Assembly: GCA_012295275.1 (NCBI GenBank)
Contig: CM022674.1
Span: 1,240,001 to 1,304,000 of the forward strand
Reading direction: 5' to 3'
DNA: 64,000 nt
DNA from: Chrysomallon squamiferum
Lineage: Eukaryota > Animalia > Mollusca
Shown one piece after another: positions 15,207 through 30,679 of this stretch. Within the stretch, counting starts at the first letter, position 1; every line of letters starts with the position of its first letter. Made by a program: the position numbers and the translations under genes. The notes beneath the pieces are model-generated. The model ran no database searches. It was given only the letters and a program-made list of their open reading frames with translations, and was not told the DNA's origin.

Positions 15207-15682
15207 GTTTCTGTATGTATGTGTGTTTGTGTCTGTGTGTGTGTATGTATCTATATATATATATGTGGGTGTGGGTGTGGGTGTGTATCTGTGGATTATA
15301 TGCAATTGTTGGTGTATGGTTTATATATAAATGGATGACCTGCCATCATCATAAATACAGCTCAATAACAAAATGTGTACAAACTGCGGTGTTATTTTAA
15401 AATGTAAATGTTTTTTTTTGTTGTTTTTTTCTGATTACGATAATATTTATCAAAAATCTTAAATCTTTTTTCTTCTTTTTTTTTTTTTTAAATTAACAAC
15501 ACGCGTTCATTGGACATACACAGGTATATCATGTCACTGCTTTAGCGTTTAAACGTGAGTCAATCTGTGCATTAAATAATTCATTCTGGCGCTTTACACA
15601 TGACTAAACTTCCACACCATCTTAATTACAGAATACCCGCGTGTTACAGCACGCTGACAGAAAGATACTGGATGAAAAAAAA

Positions 15683-16320
15683 TAATGAAGTGTTTTACAT
15701 AGAGACTGAAAAATTAAGTGTTTTACATATAGACTGAAAAATGAAGTGTTTTACATATTGGCTGAAAAATGAAGTGTTTTACATATAGACTGAAAAATGA
15801 TGTCTTTTACATATAGACTGAAAAATGAAGTGTTTTACGTATAAACTGAAAATGAAGTGTTTTACATATAGACTGAAAAATGATGTGTTTTACATATAGA
15901 CTGAAAATGAAGTGTTTTACATATTGGCTGAAAAATGAAGTGTTTTACATATAGACTGAAAAATGATGTGTTTTACATATAAACTGAAAATGAAGTGTTT
16001 TACATATTGGCTGAAAAATGAAGTGTTTTACATATAGACTGAAAATGAAGTGTTTTACAAAAACTTGAAGTGTTTTACATATAAACTGAAAATGAAGTGT
16101 TTTTTACACAGAGACTGAAAAATGAAGTGTTTTACATACTGACTGTAAAAATGAAGTGTTTTACATACTGACTGTAAAAATGAAGTGTTTTACATACTGA
16201 CTGTAAAAATGAAGTGTTTTGCATATTTGCTGAAAAGTTAAGTGTTTTACATATAGACTAATAAATTAAGTGTTCTACATGGAGACTAATAAATGAAATG
16301 TTTTATATGCTGACTGGAAA
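15683..16320. repeat. Minisatellite, ~28-bp unit, ~22 copies
   Basis: Unit gactgaaaaatgaagtgttttacatata with 1-bp length variants. Confidence 0.95.
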
Positions 16321-17395
16321 ATTAAACTATTGGTACAACGCTAAAAGTCATATTACATTTCATTTACAAAACATTATTAAATTCCCAAAGGGCTCTGTGA
16401 TAATGTTTACACAATAAAATATTGTTGTTAGATAATTGTTTGATGTATACTATGCCGCGAAGATCAATAATTCGTTGAGTTTGTTGTTAATTATACATGT
16501 ATGTATGTATGTATATGTGTGTATGTATGTATGTATACATGTATGTATATGTGTATCTATATGTTTGTATATACGTATGTATGTAATGTATGTATGTATG
16601 TATATGTTTGTATGCATGAATGTATGTATGTATGTTTGTGTGTCTGTGTAGACACACAGATTGGACTGTTACAGGAAGACAAATTGATAGACAGACAGAA
16701 ATACAACTAGATAGATTAAATAGATAGTAAATCAGAGAGACAAAAAATCAGACAGACAAAAAAACTGAAAGAAAGACAGACAGACAGATAGATAAATAGA
16801 GAGGCAGATTAGACAGATAGATTGATAAATAGATAGAGATAGATAGACAGACAGACAGACAGACAAACAGATAGACAGACGGATAAGCAGTCAGACGCAG
16901 AAGGTCGGACGTAATGAACGATGAAGATGGATGGACAAACAGAAAATAACAAAAAATCTTTTTATTGATTAAATGAGATTTATCAAGCGGGAATATCGGA
17001 TGATTAATTAATTATAGATTTAACTAAGATAATGGTACTGAATATACCAAAGATATGTTTATCTGACTCGGTGATTCGGTTCAGTGAGTGTTTATCATTT
17101 TTGCGTTTGCGTGTGTAAAGTTTGTATTCATATATGCGGTGTGTTATTCCCTGTTACATATACCTGTATTTGTGCATTATTGTATTTGCGTCAGGGATAC
17201 GTTTGTATCTGTATGTGTGTGTGTATTCACGAATATGTGCTTTCAGTGTGTCCGTTTCTGTTTGTGTGTTTGGATGTGTTTATATGTTAGTTTGTATGTG
17301 TTGTTTTGGGTGTATTTCCGCGTGTTCGTGCGTGTGGACATTTTTTCACTGATGCTGGGTTGTATGCATCTTTTACTTTTATATACTTTTCAGTT

Positions 17396-17718
17396 TACGT
17401 TTTAACACAAGCTCGTTCTACGTTTTAACTACGTTTTAACACAACAAAGTTCGTTCTACGTTTTAACATAAGCGTTCTATGTTTTAACACAAGCTCGTTC
17501 TACGTTTTAGCGCAAGTTCATTCTAAACACAAGTTTCTACGTTTTAACACAAGCTCGTTCTACGTTTTAACACAAACACGTTTTACGTTTTAACAAAGTT
17601 CGTTCTACGTTTTAACATAAGCTCTTTCATGTTTTAACACAAGCTTGTTCTATAAGCTCAAGCTTGTTCTATAAGCTCGTTCTACGTTTTAACACAGTTC
17701 GTTCTACGTTTTAACACA
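17396..17718. repeat. Minisatellite, ~23-bp unit, degenerate
   Basis: Unit ttttaacacaagctcgttctacg repeated with internal deletions. Confidence 0.9.
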
Positions 17719-18760
17719 CTGACGGGTATATACGGATATATTTAAAAATGCGAACTCGGAGGATTTTTGTCCGCCATGTACCAAAATGAACGTTGACCGG
17801 GTGTTCCACGTAAATATCACTTCAATCTGAAATTGTTCACTCAACCGTGTCCTACTAACGTCTGCCAAAAATTGTTTACGTTACATTTTATATCAGCTTC
17901 CACTTCTGTGTGATTTTATATACTCTGCTTTGAATATGTGTCTATGTACTGTCCACGTTCGTGTGTGTGTATGTGTATGTGTACGTTTATACATTTCACA
18001 GATAGCAGTTTACAGATTTCACAAACAATAACACACACACATATAATTTTTATATATATATAACACATAATTATATATATATATATAAATGCTTGCCTAT
18101 ATTTAACTATGTATTTAATTATGTATCTATATATATATGTATATAAATGTATGTTTGCATCGATGTATGTACGTACATAGTTCTGTATGCATCTGTCCCT
18201 CTAATCTGTCTGTAGTAACTACACTTACATCATCTTAAATACAAGAGACACAAATGTATAATCATCACAAACTACATACACTACCAGGAAACAAATATAA
18301 AACAAATTATCCTAATCGATCTAGCAGCAAGGACTTTTTTTCGAGCATCTTGTTACTGGCATACTTATAAACAATCCTGAGAAAACGTCTGAAACTAATA
18401 AACAGTCCCATAAATTATTTTCCTTAATATGACTTATCACGCCAAGTGAAGTGAAAATGCAGACATACACGTGAAGTGTTATGTGCATTATATTCACGCC
18501 GGTAAACTTATTTACTCCCAAACACGTGAAACATAAGTACAGAACCTCGGCCTTGCTTCATAGTTTGTCAATCAACGTCCTGTAATCTAAAAACTGAAAG
18601 TTTGATGAGGTAATAAGTGCCTATATTCCACTCAATGGTTCTGGTATAGATACGCAAGCGTTTGAGAATATCCAGCTATAGACGTGAACGTACTTGATAA
18701 GGATGTCAGCTATGAAAACAAGTTGTTAAAAATCACACGCGCACCAAATTCACACATAAA

Positions 18761-18945
18761 GCCGACTCTCAGTTTTGTGGTTAAAGAGCCAGACTGACTG
18801 ACGTGTGAAGTGTGTCACACAATCAGTTCCTCGCCGTGCTAGTTTCCCGTTCCAGCCAGTGCTTTTTTTTGTTCTATGGGAAGGCGGACACAGAAATCAC
18901 TTTCTGCTAATCGTTCAGTGGTACCAAGATTTCTCTTATCATCTA
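18761..18945 (+). mobile_element. Degenerate tRNA-derived SINE, MetaSINE/MESC-like core
   Basis: A-box-like ctcag...gtggttaaagagc, then gctagtttcccgttccagccagtgct and tatgggaaggcg..cagaaatcactttctgctaatcg. These resemble the Meta-domain blocks as I recall them (ttctcgttccagccagtgc; gtggga.ggtgcatataaaagatcccttgctgctaatcg). Confidence 0.5.
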
Positions 18946-19024
18946 AATGTTCTCGTGATTGTTTTTTTTTTTTTCTATTTCGTTTTTATTTTTATTTTTC
19001 CTTTTGGGGTTTATTATTATTATT

Positions 19025-19035
19025 GTGTGTGTGTG

Positions 19036-19110
<75 letters not shown>
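19025..19110. repeat. (TG)n microsatellite
   Basis: Direct inspection. Confidence 0.95.
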
Positions 19111-19114
<4 letters not shown>

Positions 19115-19891
19115 TGCTGGGTGGTCACGTGAATGATGTTTGTTTTGTTTTTATGTTTGTTTTGTTTTTTTCAACCATCTGTTTCACGCAGTATAAAGCA
19201 TCGTCCATTAAACATACTGTTCAGAAAGCCGTTAAATCCAACAGTCCTTGATTTTCCCACCCTTCCCCACCCAGCTACGCCCACATTAACATATTCTCAC
19301 CTACGTGCTAATGCATTTTTCATCCTCCAGCAATAAAAGAACCGACTGTGCTCTTTGTTGTTTACAGCTGTTTCGCGTGTTTGTAAGTGGAATAAATTCT
19401 CCGAAATGTCGCCTTGATAAATGAGTTCGTTCAGACCTTCAATGCAGCAGATAGCTGATATGTGTATTCATCTTCGGCTGTCGTTAAACATTTGTTCATT
19501 CATTGAAATGTTAAGTTTTGAAGAGCTTAAACTGTCAGTCGTCCTGTTTCGACGGTGTTTATGACAGCTGTGATAATGTAGTGACAGCAGAGTTAATTAA
19601 TATCGGATAATTTGAACTTGTAACACTGCGCAGATATCTGTGATTTCTGACCACTTGTCATTCACCAGCAGAATAATAACAACAACAACAACAACAACAG
19701 CAACAGCAACAATAGCATCATCATCAACAACAATAACAATGATATATAATAATAATAATGATAATAAATTGATTTTTTCTTTTGTTGATTTTTTAAATAC
19801 TGATCGATAGTTATTGTAGTAGTGATGAATATGCTTATTTTTTACTATTAATGTTAAGTGTTATACTCTGTCGTTTGTTTGTATTCCTTCT

Positions 19892-19929
<38 letters not shown>

Positions 19930-22506
19930 TATATGTTTTTTTCAGTTGTTTTTATTTTATGGATTTTTTGTATGTTTGTGTGTAAATGTAATTTGTGTCT
20001 TTTGTGTCTGTGTTTGTCTGTGTTTCTGTCGGTAGTTTCTGTCAGTCGGCGTCATCTAAAACATTATTAACAGTTTTTATTTTCTCTTCATGTGTCACCG
20101 TGCATACGTAACTGTATCAAATTCTTACATTTTTATGTCTTGAATTATTGTCATTTCATTATGCTGTCGAGTTTTTATTTGTTTTCGTGTTAACATCTTT
20201 CAGTTTGTATAAACACAGTAACTGTTTGAACTGAAACGTTGGTCAAAATATTTTTATTGTTTTCTTTTTTTTCTTTTTTTTTTTAATTATTATTATTTTA
20301 TATATATAAATATTTACACATATAAATATTTAAACATTTGTTATAAATTTCATTTTTATTTTTTCTTTTTTTAAATATCCATTTTAACTTTATTTTTTTA
20401 TTTATTTATTTATTTTTTTATTTTATTTTATTTTTATTTTTTTTATTTCCTTTTTTTTTTTTTGTTGTTTGGTTTGTTCTGGGACGTTATTTGTTGTAGT
20501 TTTGTTTTTGTTTGTTTGTTTGTTTTTGTTTGTTTGGTTTGTTTTGGTTTATTTAGTTTGTTTTAGTTTATTTTGTTTGTTTTTATTTATTTGTTTACTT
20601 ATTTTTTGCTTTCTTTAAAGTGTTCCTTTTCTTACTGCTTTTCTCTTCGTTTTATTATTATTTGTTGATTTGTATTTTCTGTTAGACATATTTTCTTTCT
20701 CTGTACGTCACATGTTTTAGTTATTCTCCTTATTATTTTTTTTAATGCTTTTTGTTTTTGCCATTTTCATTACTAATATTACTACTACTAACTAAAACTA
20801 CTACTACAACTAGTTCTACTAGTGCAGGTAATATTGGTACACTGCTGTTACTACTGCTACTACTACTACTACTACTACTACTACAAACTACTACTACTAC
20901 TACTACTGCAACTACTACAACTACTACTACTATTACTATAATACTAAATTGGTACTATAGCAGGTGTTACTACTACTAGTACAATTACTACTACTACCAT
21001 ACTAAGTTGCTACTACAAGAGTTGTTACTACTACAGCTACTGCTGCTGATGCTGATGCTGTTACTACTCCTAACACAATAACTATTACAACTAATACTAC
21101 ACCACTACTATTACTAGAGCTGCTGTGACTATTAATACTACTATAACTATCACAACTAGCATAACAACTAGTACTGCTACCGTTACAACAAATGCCACTA
21201 GTACTTTTTCTACTATCACTACAAACAGGCTGAGGAATATTGTTTGTACGACAACTACTACAACTACCACCACTACTACTCACGCCGTTGCTGTTGCTGC
21301 TGCTGTTGTTGTTGTTGTTGTTGTTTACACTGAATACCAATTACTTTACTTTATTGTATATTTACATTAATATTTATAATTTTTTCGCTATGTTATATTT
21401 TGTATTATTTATTGATTCATTCATTTATTTATTTAATCTATTATTCATTTATTCATTTATTCATTTTTTTATTCATTTATTCATTCATTCATTTATTTAT
21501 TTATTTATAAATGCAAGAGTGAAACCAGCTCAGTGAATATTTGTTTCCATGTAATATCGGCCACTAATTTGGGAATGAAAATTTTCTATGCCAGCTTGTT
21601 GATAACGAAAGTATGTTTATTCATTAGAAAATCTGCACGTTTAGGCACACGAGGAATGACAGAGAGGCAAGAAAATGTGTAGAGACAAAAAGACAGAAAA
21701 CAGACAAGCAGACAGACAGATATAAAATTCAGATAAACAGCTGCAGAGGTACACAGCCAAACAAAAATAACCTGTGCATGTGACTAACAAAAATCAACCA
21801 TTTAACATGAACATAATTTTTTTTACACAATTCGCAGTTTAAAACTTCTAAAACAGAAGTTAATAAAACGTAAATTCTCTTACCTTATGCAAACAGTTTT
21901 CAAAAACATAGATCCAGAATTTTCTTGTGTAACGTTTTGTTTTTTTTTCTTTAAATCGTTAAGAAGTAACGTCCGATTCAAAAACTGAATAATTCAAGAA
22001 TGGAAAAAAAAGAAAAAAAAAACACCAACTGTGTCATTAAGTTTCTAGAAAACGCTTCGAACAAAAATAACAAGGAACGATCATTCAGGCGTAACTAAAT
22101 GTCTCGCTTTCCCCCACACACACAAACAGACCTCTGTTAATATTCTAGCGAAAACCAAATTTCTCTTGTCCTCTCGCTTACAGTTACTCGCAGATCGATA
22201 GAAAGAAGTGCTCCAATTCGCGCAGTTCTCCGAGTACAACAACAACAACAACAACAGCACGACCAACGACAGGCGGACGTAGACAGCGAACACGAGCGCG
22301 CGCGCGCGCGCAGTCACGTGGCAGACGCCGAACTTTTCGCAGACGAGGAAAATGTTATTTATAAACTGCAGGTGTGATAATGTTCAAAAGATATGATTAT
22401 TGTTGCTCTGATGTAGCCAGGTTTCATTGATTTTCTTACGTCTGCTTTTGTAGCCTTTATGTGATTACTAGCGATTTGCAGAGGAGTAATAATAATAATA
22501 ATAATC

Positions 22507-22558
<52 letters not shown>

Positions 22559-23009
22559 GAATAATGACAATAATAATAATGATGATAACAACAATGATAA
22601 AATATAATAATGATAATAATAATAACGATAATAATAATAACGATAATAATAATAAAAAAATAAATAAATTATCATCATCATCATATTTATACACTTTTAA
22701 TTATTATTATCATCATATTATACATTTTTTGTTACTATTATTTTTTTTCGCCTGTCGTTGGTCGTATTATACATTTTTTGTTACATCATCATCATCATTA
22801 TCGTCGTTGTAATCGTCATCGTTACTGACAATGTCATAATTATCATCCATTTTTAAATTATTATTATGATATTTGTTTCTCTAATTTTGGGAAATAAAAC
22901 GTGGAGAAAAAAAAACTTGATGGTTGGTAAAATGTAAAAATCACTCAGTTTTGGTGGCTTTTAGAACTATTTTTTTTTTCCGTTCCAACTTTGAGAAATG
23001 ATATATTTA

Positions 23010-23055
<46 letters not shown>

Positions 23056-23352
23056 AGCAATATCTATGGTTGGTGCTGTTCTGTTTATGGGAATGTAAAA
23101 TACATTTATAAAGTCAGTAACTGATTTTATACGAATTCGTTAAAAGACTGATACAGAGGCCGGACTGTTATTGTCAGCGATCGGCGTCAAAAGACGCAAT
23201 GATTATCTGTGTGCACGTGCGTGAGCGCGAGTGTGCAAGTGTGAGTGTGTCTTGTGTGTGCGCATTTATTTTAATTTATTTAGGAGGCGCAAAAAAACAA
23301 CAAAAAATAAATAAATCGAGGGTTACGAACAAGTTGATGTTCATTGTGGTTG

Positions 23353-23424
23353 GCCTCGATGGCCAAGTAGTAAGGCGTTGGTCTCGTAAACCAAAGATCC
23401 AGGGTTCAATTCCCTGTCGGGACA
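23353..23424 (+). tRNA. trnT-CGT: tRNA-Thr(CGT) variant (possibly pseudogene)
   Basis: 72-nt cloverleaf. Anticodon stem TTGGT/ACCAA is fully paired and the T-arm is intact. It has a C2-A71 mismatch and D-loop AG instead of GG. A T-run follows ~20 nt downstream. Confidence 0.7.
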
Positions 23425-24575
23425 AACATTAATTGTTGTCATCATTTTTTTTTATTGTATTGTTTAATTTATGTAATATTTTCAAGAGCATAAAATAAAT
23501 AATTTTCATTAAAAAAATAACCAAGTCGAAAGAATGTTGTACAAAGAATATGACGATATCAAAATATATTTTATTTATTTATTTATTTATTTTTATTATT
23601 TTTTTATTTATTTAAATTAATTAATATAATTTATTTATTAGTGATCACTACTACTACTACTACTACTACGACTACTACTACTACTACTATCACTACTATT
23701 ACTATTACCAATGAACATAATCATCGTCATCATTATTACAATTTCGTTTAGCAATACAACTGTTACCATTACTACCACTACCACCACCATCACAATTATT
23801 AGTACTCTCATCATTATTGTTATTATCCTTACTATTTGACTTAATATTACTACTACAACTGCTACTACTACTACTACCACTACCACTACAACCACTACAG
23901 CTACTATTACTACTACTACTACTGTGGTTCCAACAGCACTGTTTTCATTTTGATTACAACAGTCACACTTTTCTGTCGTGTTGCTATACAATAAACAAAT
24001 CAAGTTTCTAAACTGATTGCCCAACACGGGCGTACTTTAATCGTCCGCCGATGTAAGCAGGTTACACAACAATTGATAAATCACGTGACACGGTGCTATT
24101 TGCTGTCATGCATCACTGTGACAGTTTTATTCCCCTGGGAACCGGTTTCATTTGGAAACCGGAAGCCAGCCTCGAATCGCCACGTCTAGATAATTATGCC
24201 GATAAAATGAGTAGGAAAATCGAAACTATGATTTTTTTTTTTTTTTTTTTTTTTAATCTTTAAAATTATTCTAATTAGTTCTCTTTGTTCTTTTCCGACG
24301 TTGATTGGTATTAATGGGACGTAGGCTTATTTTTGCACTTATTGTTACTGTTGTTGTCCAGCGTGACCAAATTCAGTTACGATTTTATTATTTATTTTGT
24401 TGTTGTTATTATTATTATTATTGCATTAGTTATAGTAATAGCAGTAGTAGTAGTAGTTGTTGTTGTTGTTGTTGTTGTTGTGGCAGTAAATACTTTGTTG
24501 TTGCTGCATTACACACACACTCTCTCACACACACACGCACACACAAACATATTCTTGTCTTTTCTTTTGTTCGTA

Positions 24576-24642
<67 letters not shown>

Positions 24643-25532
24643 TTACATATTTACTTCACCATACAAAATAGCCGGTGTGTGTGTGTGTGTTTGTGTGTGC
24701 GTGTGTATGCGTGAGCGCGCACCTCTGTCGGATGTGTATGTATGTCTGTTTATCCGTCTCATCAACAGCCTTTTGTTCAAAATCTTAACTTTCATTTTGT
24801 ACATTAAGAAGACCATATTCCAACATACCAGTCACTCTTCATAAGTATTAACTGTGTTTGATCATCCATTTTACTTATTTATCTTTTGTGTAAAAGGAAA
24901 GTGTAAAACCCCATACTGATTTGATAAACAGTTTGCGTAGCTCTGTCTGGAACGGGAAAGTCTGGAACGATCTTTCGCTAACAAATGCACATACAAATGT
25001 TCGTGGAATATATAAGCAAACGAAGACTCTGTGAGAAACAGTGACAGCTGCGAAAGCAATAAAACCTTTAACTACTCTGAAAGCAAAGCTAAAATAACGG
25101 ATTTGCGTAAGAGACGGCAACAGAACGACTGTTATTAACAGAGCCCAGACTTACTGCATCTCTCTGATGATATACAATCGAATATCACGGAAATCTAAGT
25201 TATGTGTGTGCATGGAGTTTCTCACAGATTTGTACCTCTCTGTTTGAGAAAGAATCTCGCTGAAATCGCACACACGGAAGGAGGCAAGCCTGGGGAAACT
25301 GGGTTTAATTGTACTTCTGGTACCGATACACGAGTTCTGCTTGCGTGTTACGCTCGTCGTTAACCGACTTAAACCAGTCAACGATGCAACTACGTAAAGG
25401 GAGATAATAAGTAGACTTCAGCACACATAGGGTTTGGTTCCAAAAAGACAATTAAGAAAGAAAATAACTAACACTTAAGTAAATTACAGTGTAAGCTCTC
25501 GAAAAATGTTCTCTCTTTCATAGACTGTCCAT

Positions 25533-25677
<145 letters not shown>

Positions 25678-27405
25678 GTATATTATATATTTCCCTCAGC
25701 TGTTATTACAGTCTGTTTCTTATTCTCATTTATTTTGTACATACGTACGTTTATATACAGCATACACACAAAGACACACGCACACACAAACACACACACA
25801 CACACTCATATATCCACACACTAAATTCTGAGTTAACTTCTTGTGTTAATCTTAATCAAAATAAACGTGATTAAAACAGACCAAGTTCTCGACCTCTGTC
25901 AAGTCGACTTCGTTTAATTTCAACTTCAGCCGACCGTTCTTAGGAGTCTTTCTTGACGTTTTTCTTTCTTTTATCATTTCTGCTTACTACTACTACTACT
26001 ACTACCGCTACTCCTACTACTGCCACAACTGCTACAGTTACTGCTACCTCCACAACAGCTACTGCTATTAATACTAATTTCATGACTACGATTAGTTCTG
26101 CCGTTATAACTACTAATTTAACTATTACGCTATATTACTTTTACTACTCCTACTATTTCTAATACTAGTATCTTTACTCCTTCTGCTATTACTATTACTA
26201 CTACTACTCTAAAAGTACTGCTTTTACTACTATTGCTACTTCTATAATTAATATCACTACTACTTCTGCCATTACCATTTCTGCTACTACTAATATTACT
26301 ACTACTAATACCATTACTACTATTACTAATACTGCTATTGCTACAGTTACTACTAATATTAATTACCAGTACTATAACTATTACTAAAAATTATTATTAT
26401 TATTACTACTACTACTAGTACTACTACAACTATTGCGGCTGCTACTACTACCATAGCCTTTACTACTTAATAACAACAACAACAACAACAATCAACATCG
26501 TCTTCATCATTATCATCATCTTCATCTTTATTCTAGTCATTGTCATTGTCATTTCATTTCTGAGATAACAACGTCCACGTTGAGACGAATGTCAACTTCG
26601 CGTCTAGACTTTCTTAAAACAAGGAAATTCAAAAAACGAATGCGGCTATTTACGATTAAAATAAATAATAATTGTTTTTCCAATCACACGAGATCGACGT
26701 TTAATCGATTACGTCATTTTCTCGTCTGCATAAAACAAATGACGTTCACAATAGACCGCGGTTTTCGCTAATCCTACGCTTTTAAACCAAAGTTCTTACA
26801 GACACGAACACTTTTATGTTTTTTTTCTCTAAAATTCTGAGACAAACATTATGCTTTCGTCTATTTTAAAATAGACACATTATAGATCTTCAATCGCGGT
26901 ACTTTAAAGACTTCACCAATTTATTTGCTGGCAGTGTAAGATAATAAAAAGCATGGTGATGTATTTTCGTTGTTTCCTAAAGTCGGAATGATTGCATTTT
27001 CTGTTGACAGCATAAAAGGTTTATTTCGGCTGGCTGCACCGACAGTCAACCTGTCACTGATCTGAAACGTCACTGCTTTCTATGGAAATTCAAGCACTTA
27101 TGTCATGGGTACACAATCAAATTGCGTTGAAAAACTTTTGACCGTATCATTTCCTTCGTTAGTCCGCAATTCTGAGAATTTTTAGTTTTTATAAATCAGT
27201 CTGTCTATTTATTTATCTATCTGTCTATCTGTCTGTATAATATTTGTTTGTCTACCTATCCATCCATCTGCCTGTTTACCTATCAATTATAATAATAACA
27301 AAAACTCAAAGGAAAAAAAACACACAACAGAATAAAGTATGAAGAAGAACGAGTGTGTAAGTTATGTTGAAATAAACTTTGGTACGATACATTACACCAA
27401 GAAAT

Positions 27406-27466
<61 letters not shown>

Positions 27467-28331
27467 CATCATCACCATCATCATCATCATTATTATTTTT
27501 AATTAATTTATGTATAACTGTACAAAACAAAAAAGTACATGTGTGAATGCACTATAATGCATTTATTTTCATTTCTGAATATTTGCGCTTTGAATAATAA
27601 AAAAAAAAGAAAAACGTAAAAAAATTTACGAACGATCTCAGGAAATGGACGCAAACAGTAGGGCTAATTGTAGTTTCAATGGCGGACACAGGGACAGACG
27701 TACATGTCCTGACAGGGAGGTCTCAGCTGTAACATTCTACAAAAGAAGACGCTGAGTATTTTCAAACCCCTTTGCGACTCTGTCACTGCTAAGTTACTTG
27801 CGCGTTTTTAGTCAAAGAACGTCTTACGTATTTTTGGATAATGATTTCAAAAGAGCGAAGATTAATTCTCGCTCTCGAGTTCCTTACAGTTCTGTCTTCC
27901 TAAGTACACACAGCAGTACTCTTACACACTTCCTTTTGCAAGACAGAATTTGTTTCTTTTTTATCTAAAAAAAAATTTTTTTTTTTTTTTAATTCGTATG
28001 TTAAATAATGAAAGGAAAAGAGAGTGATATATCTATGCGAGTTCTTCGATGTCACAGTGCACTTTGTGAATAAAAAGATTGCACTGTGTCAAAGATGTGA
28101 TGAGATTAAAAAGCTACTACTACTACGGCTGCTATTACTACTACTAACATTATTACTAGTACTACCACCATTACCAATACTTCTATTAATACTACAACTA
28201 TTACTACTACTATAATTATTAATGCCATTACTATAGCTACCACTAATATTATTACTACAGTTACCATAGCTACCATTTCTACTATTAGTACAATTACTAC
28301 AACTACGATTACTACGACATCTGTTACTTCA

Positions 28332-28364
<33 letters not shown>

Positions 28365-29346
28365 GCTGCTGCTGCTATCACCGCCATCACTGTTTACCCA
28401 ATACTATTACGGATATATTACAATTAAACGCTATTTCACAGAGGTATCGTTGATGTCAGAAGAAGTGAATATTTTAACCACTGCTACTACGACGACCAAT
28501 ACTACCATTACTATCTTTATTTTATTTACATTACAACCGACTGGTTCTTTGTAATGAAACTGCGTTCATTTTGAATCTTTAATGAGACTGTATCCCCCCC
28601 CTTCCTTTAGAACAGTCTAGACCTGCCCAAGTCGGTCACGTGTTTATCCTAGATTTATTACTTGTTAGTTATGCTATTGCAATCGTTCCAACTAATGGTA
28701 CTGATGTTGTCACCTTTTCTGATTTGACGGAATGGCCGCTGTCATTTCTGTATTTAATTAAAAAAAATGTCATTGCATTAAGCCATATAGTACATTACTA
28801 AAAAGTACTTACATCAAAATGTTTTGAAACCTTGCAAAATATCCTATCTTTTTCGATTTCTCGTGAAATGTTGATAATGTCCAATGTTTGTTAAAAAAAA
28901 AAAAAAAAAAAAAAAGTTTTCAGGTGGTGTGAACATTTCTTAACTAGTTTGCTTTTTTTCTTCTTCTTCTTCTATTTCTTCTTTTTTTTATTTATTTATT
29001 TTTATTATTACTTTTTATTATTGCTTTTTTTCTTCTTTTAAATCATATTTTATTATTACTTTTTTTTTTTTTTTTTTTTTTTTTAATGATTTATTAGAAA
29101 TTTCTGTATGCCTGGTATATTCCAAGATCGCAAATTCATAAAAAATAATATTATTCTGTCATTTATAGCATTTGATATGATGCGCCTCTATGTGTATGTG
29201 TGTTATAATACATTAATAGAAATGGCACTGAAAAGAGACTGAAAAGTGGAGAAATTCATATAAAACGTATTCACATAAACAAGTGGTTTGGATAAAATCT
29301 GTCAGTTTCAACTGTCAGTTTTGAGCAAAGAATGTTGAATGTGCCA

Positions 29347-29418
29347 GCCTCGGTGGCCAAGTCGTAAGGTGTTGATCTCGTAATCCGAAGATCCAGGGTT
29401 CAGTTCCCTGTCGGTGCA
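29347..29418 (+). pseudogene. tRNA-Thr(CGT) pseudogene
   Basis: Colinear with the other two copies. The anticodon stem TTGAT/TCCGA has two mismatches, there is a C3-T70 mismatch, and the T-loop is TTCAGTT (A58 lost). Confidence 0.75.
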
Positions 29419-30051
29419 GCTCATTTTACAGTTTAAATTGTTAACTGATAAATTCATCTGTTCATTAAATTAGTTAATTTTGCAACTTTTAAATACTGGC
29501 TGACTGATTTAAAAAAAAAAAAAAAAAAAAAAATTAAATTTAACCAATAAACTTTTACTTTTTAGTAAAAAATATCGAATTACAAAAAATGTAAACATCA
29601 ACAGGTATTAGGGTTTATTTATGTCAGTCATATATAATTTCTAAAGAAACAGAGGCACAGATGTACAGAGGCATAGATGTATGGAAGGAAAGAGCGGTAT
29701 ATCTCAATAAATATATACTCCGATTATTCCCGAAGATGACATAAACAATAGTTTGACGTAATAATCTGGACTACGTTATTGACGGCTTAAGGATGCCAGT
29801 ATTATTTAAGATCGAATTTTGTGAGTAAATTCGTTTATTATTTTATATATATTTATTATGAATTTCAATTTTAATTTAGATATACTTAGAAAAACTAAAG
29901 ATGTTTAAAGATATTTAATTATATTATTTTATTTATTTATTTATTTTTTATTATTTGTTTTTGTTTTTATTATTAACTTACGTTTATTGCTATTGCTCTC
30001 CTTTTCTTTTCATATATACATACATTCAAAATGCACAGCTACAAAACACAG

Positions 30052-30093
<42 letters not shown>

Positions 30094-30648
30094 TAAACCG
30101 AGAATAGTGATTTGAAGGCAATTAAAAGCCTGTCAGAAACCATCATTAAATTTACAGTGACACCATACAGCCTGCCTGTAACCAATATATTCATTCCTTC
30201 AACTCTGAGCATTAATTTCAAAATGTTTTCCGATAACTTTATTTAGCATCGCACCACTGAGTCACAGAGGGATGCTAACATGATCTTGTTTTTAAAACAC
30301 CTGTTGATTTTAAAGCATTATGACATAACAGTTTTAAAGAATATTAGTTTCACAGCGTGGTACAGAAGTTTAAATTAAATTAGCTGCATGTTTTGGCTTG
30401 AAGTCTGCATGATTATTAAAGAAAAATGTTTTGTTTAAAAAAATTTTCAGTGTATTTTCTAAATTGGTTTTATGCACTGTGTCTTGTCAGTTCAAGATCT
30501 GTACTTCTGTATCTATTTAGGTATAAATATTCTCCTGTTGTCTTAAGTGGATATAATTAGACACTATACATAGACAGTAATAGACAGCCGCTGACAAGAC
30601 TCGAACTTATGGCGCCCAAGCGCTCGTACTCAGGAAGCGTTTTTTGTT

Positions 30649-30679
<31 letters not shown>

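Noticed and set aside
24135-24190. Hairpin ccggtttc-atttg-gaaaccgg followed by CTAG as a Helitron 3' end
   Set aside because: CTAG is ~23 nt away and followed by A rather than T, and no 5' end is identifiable.
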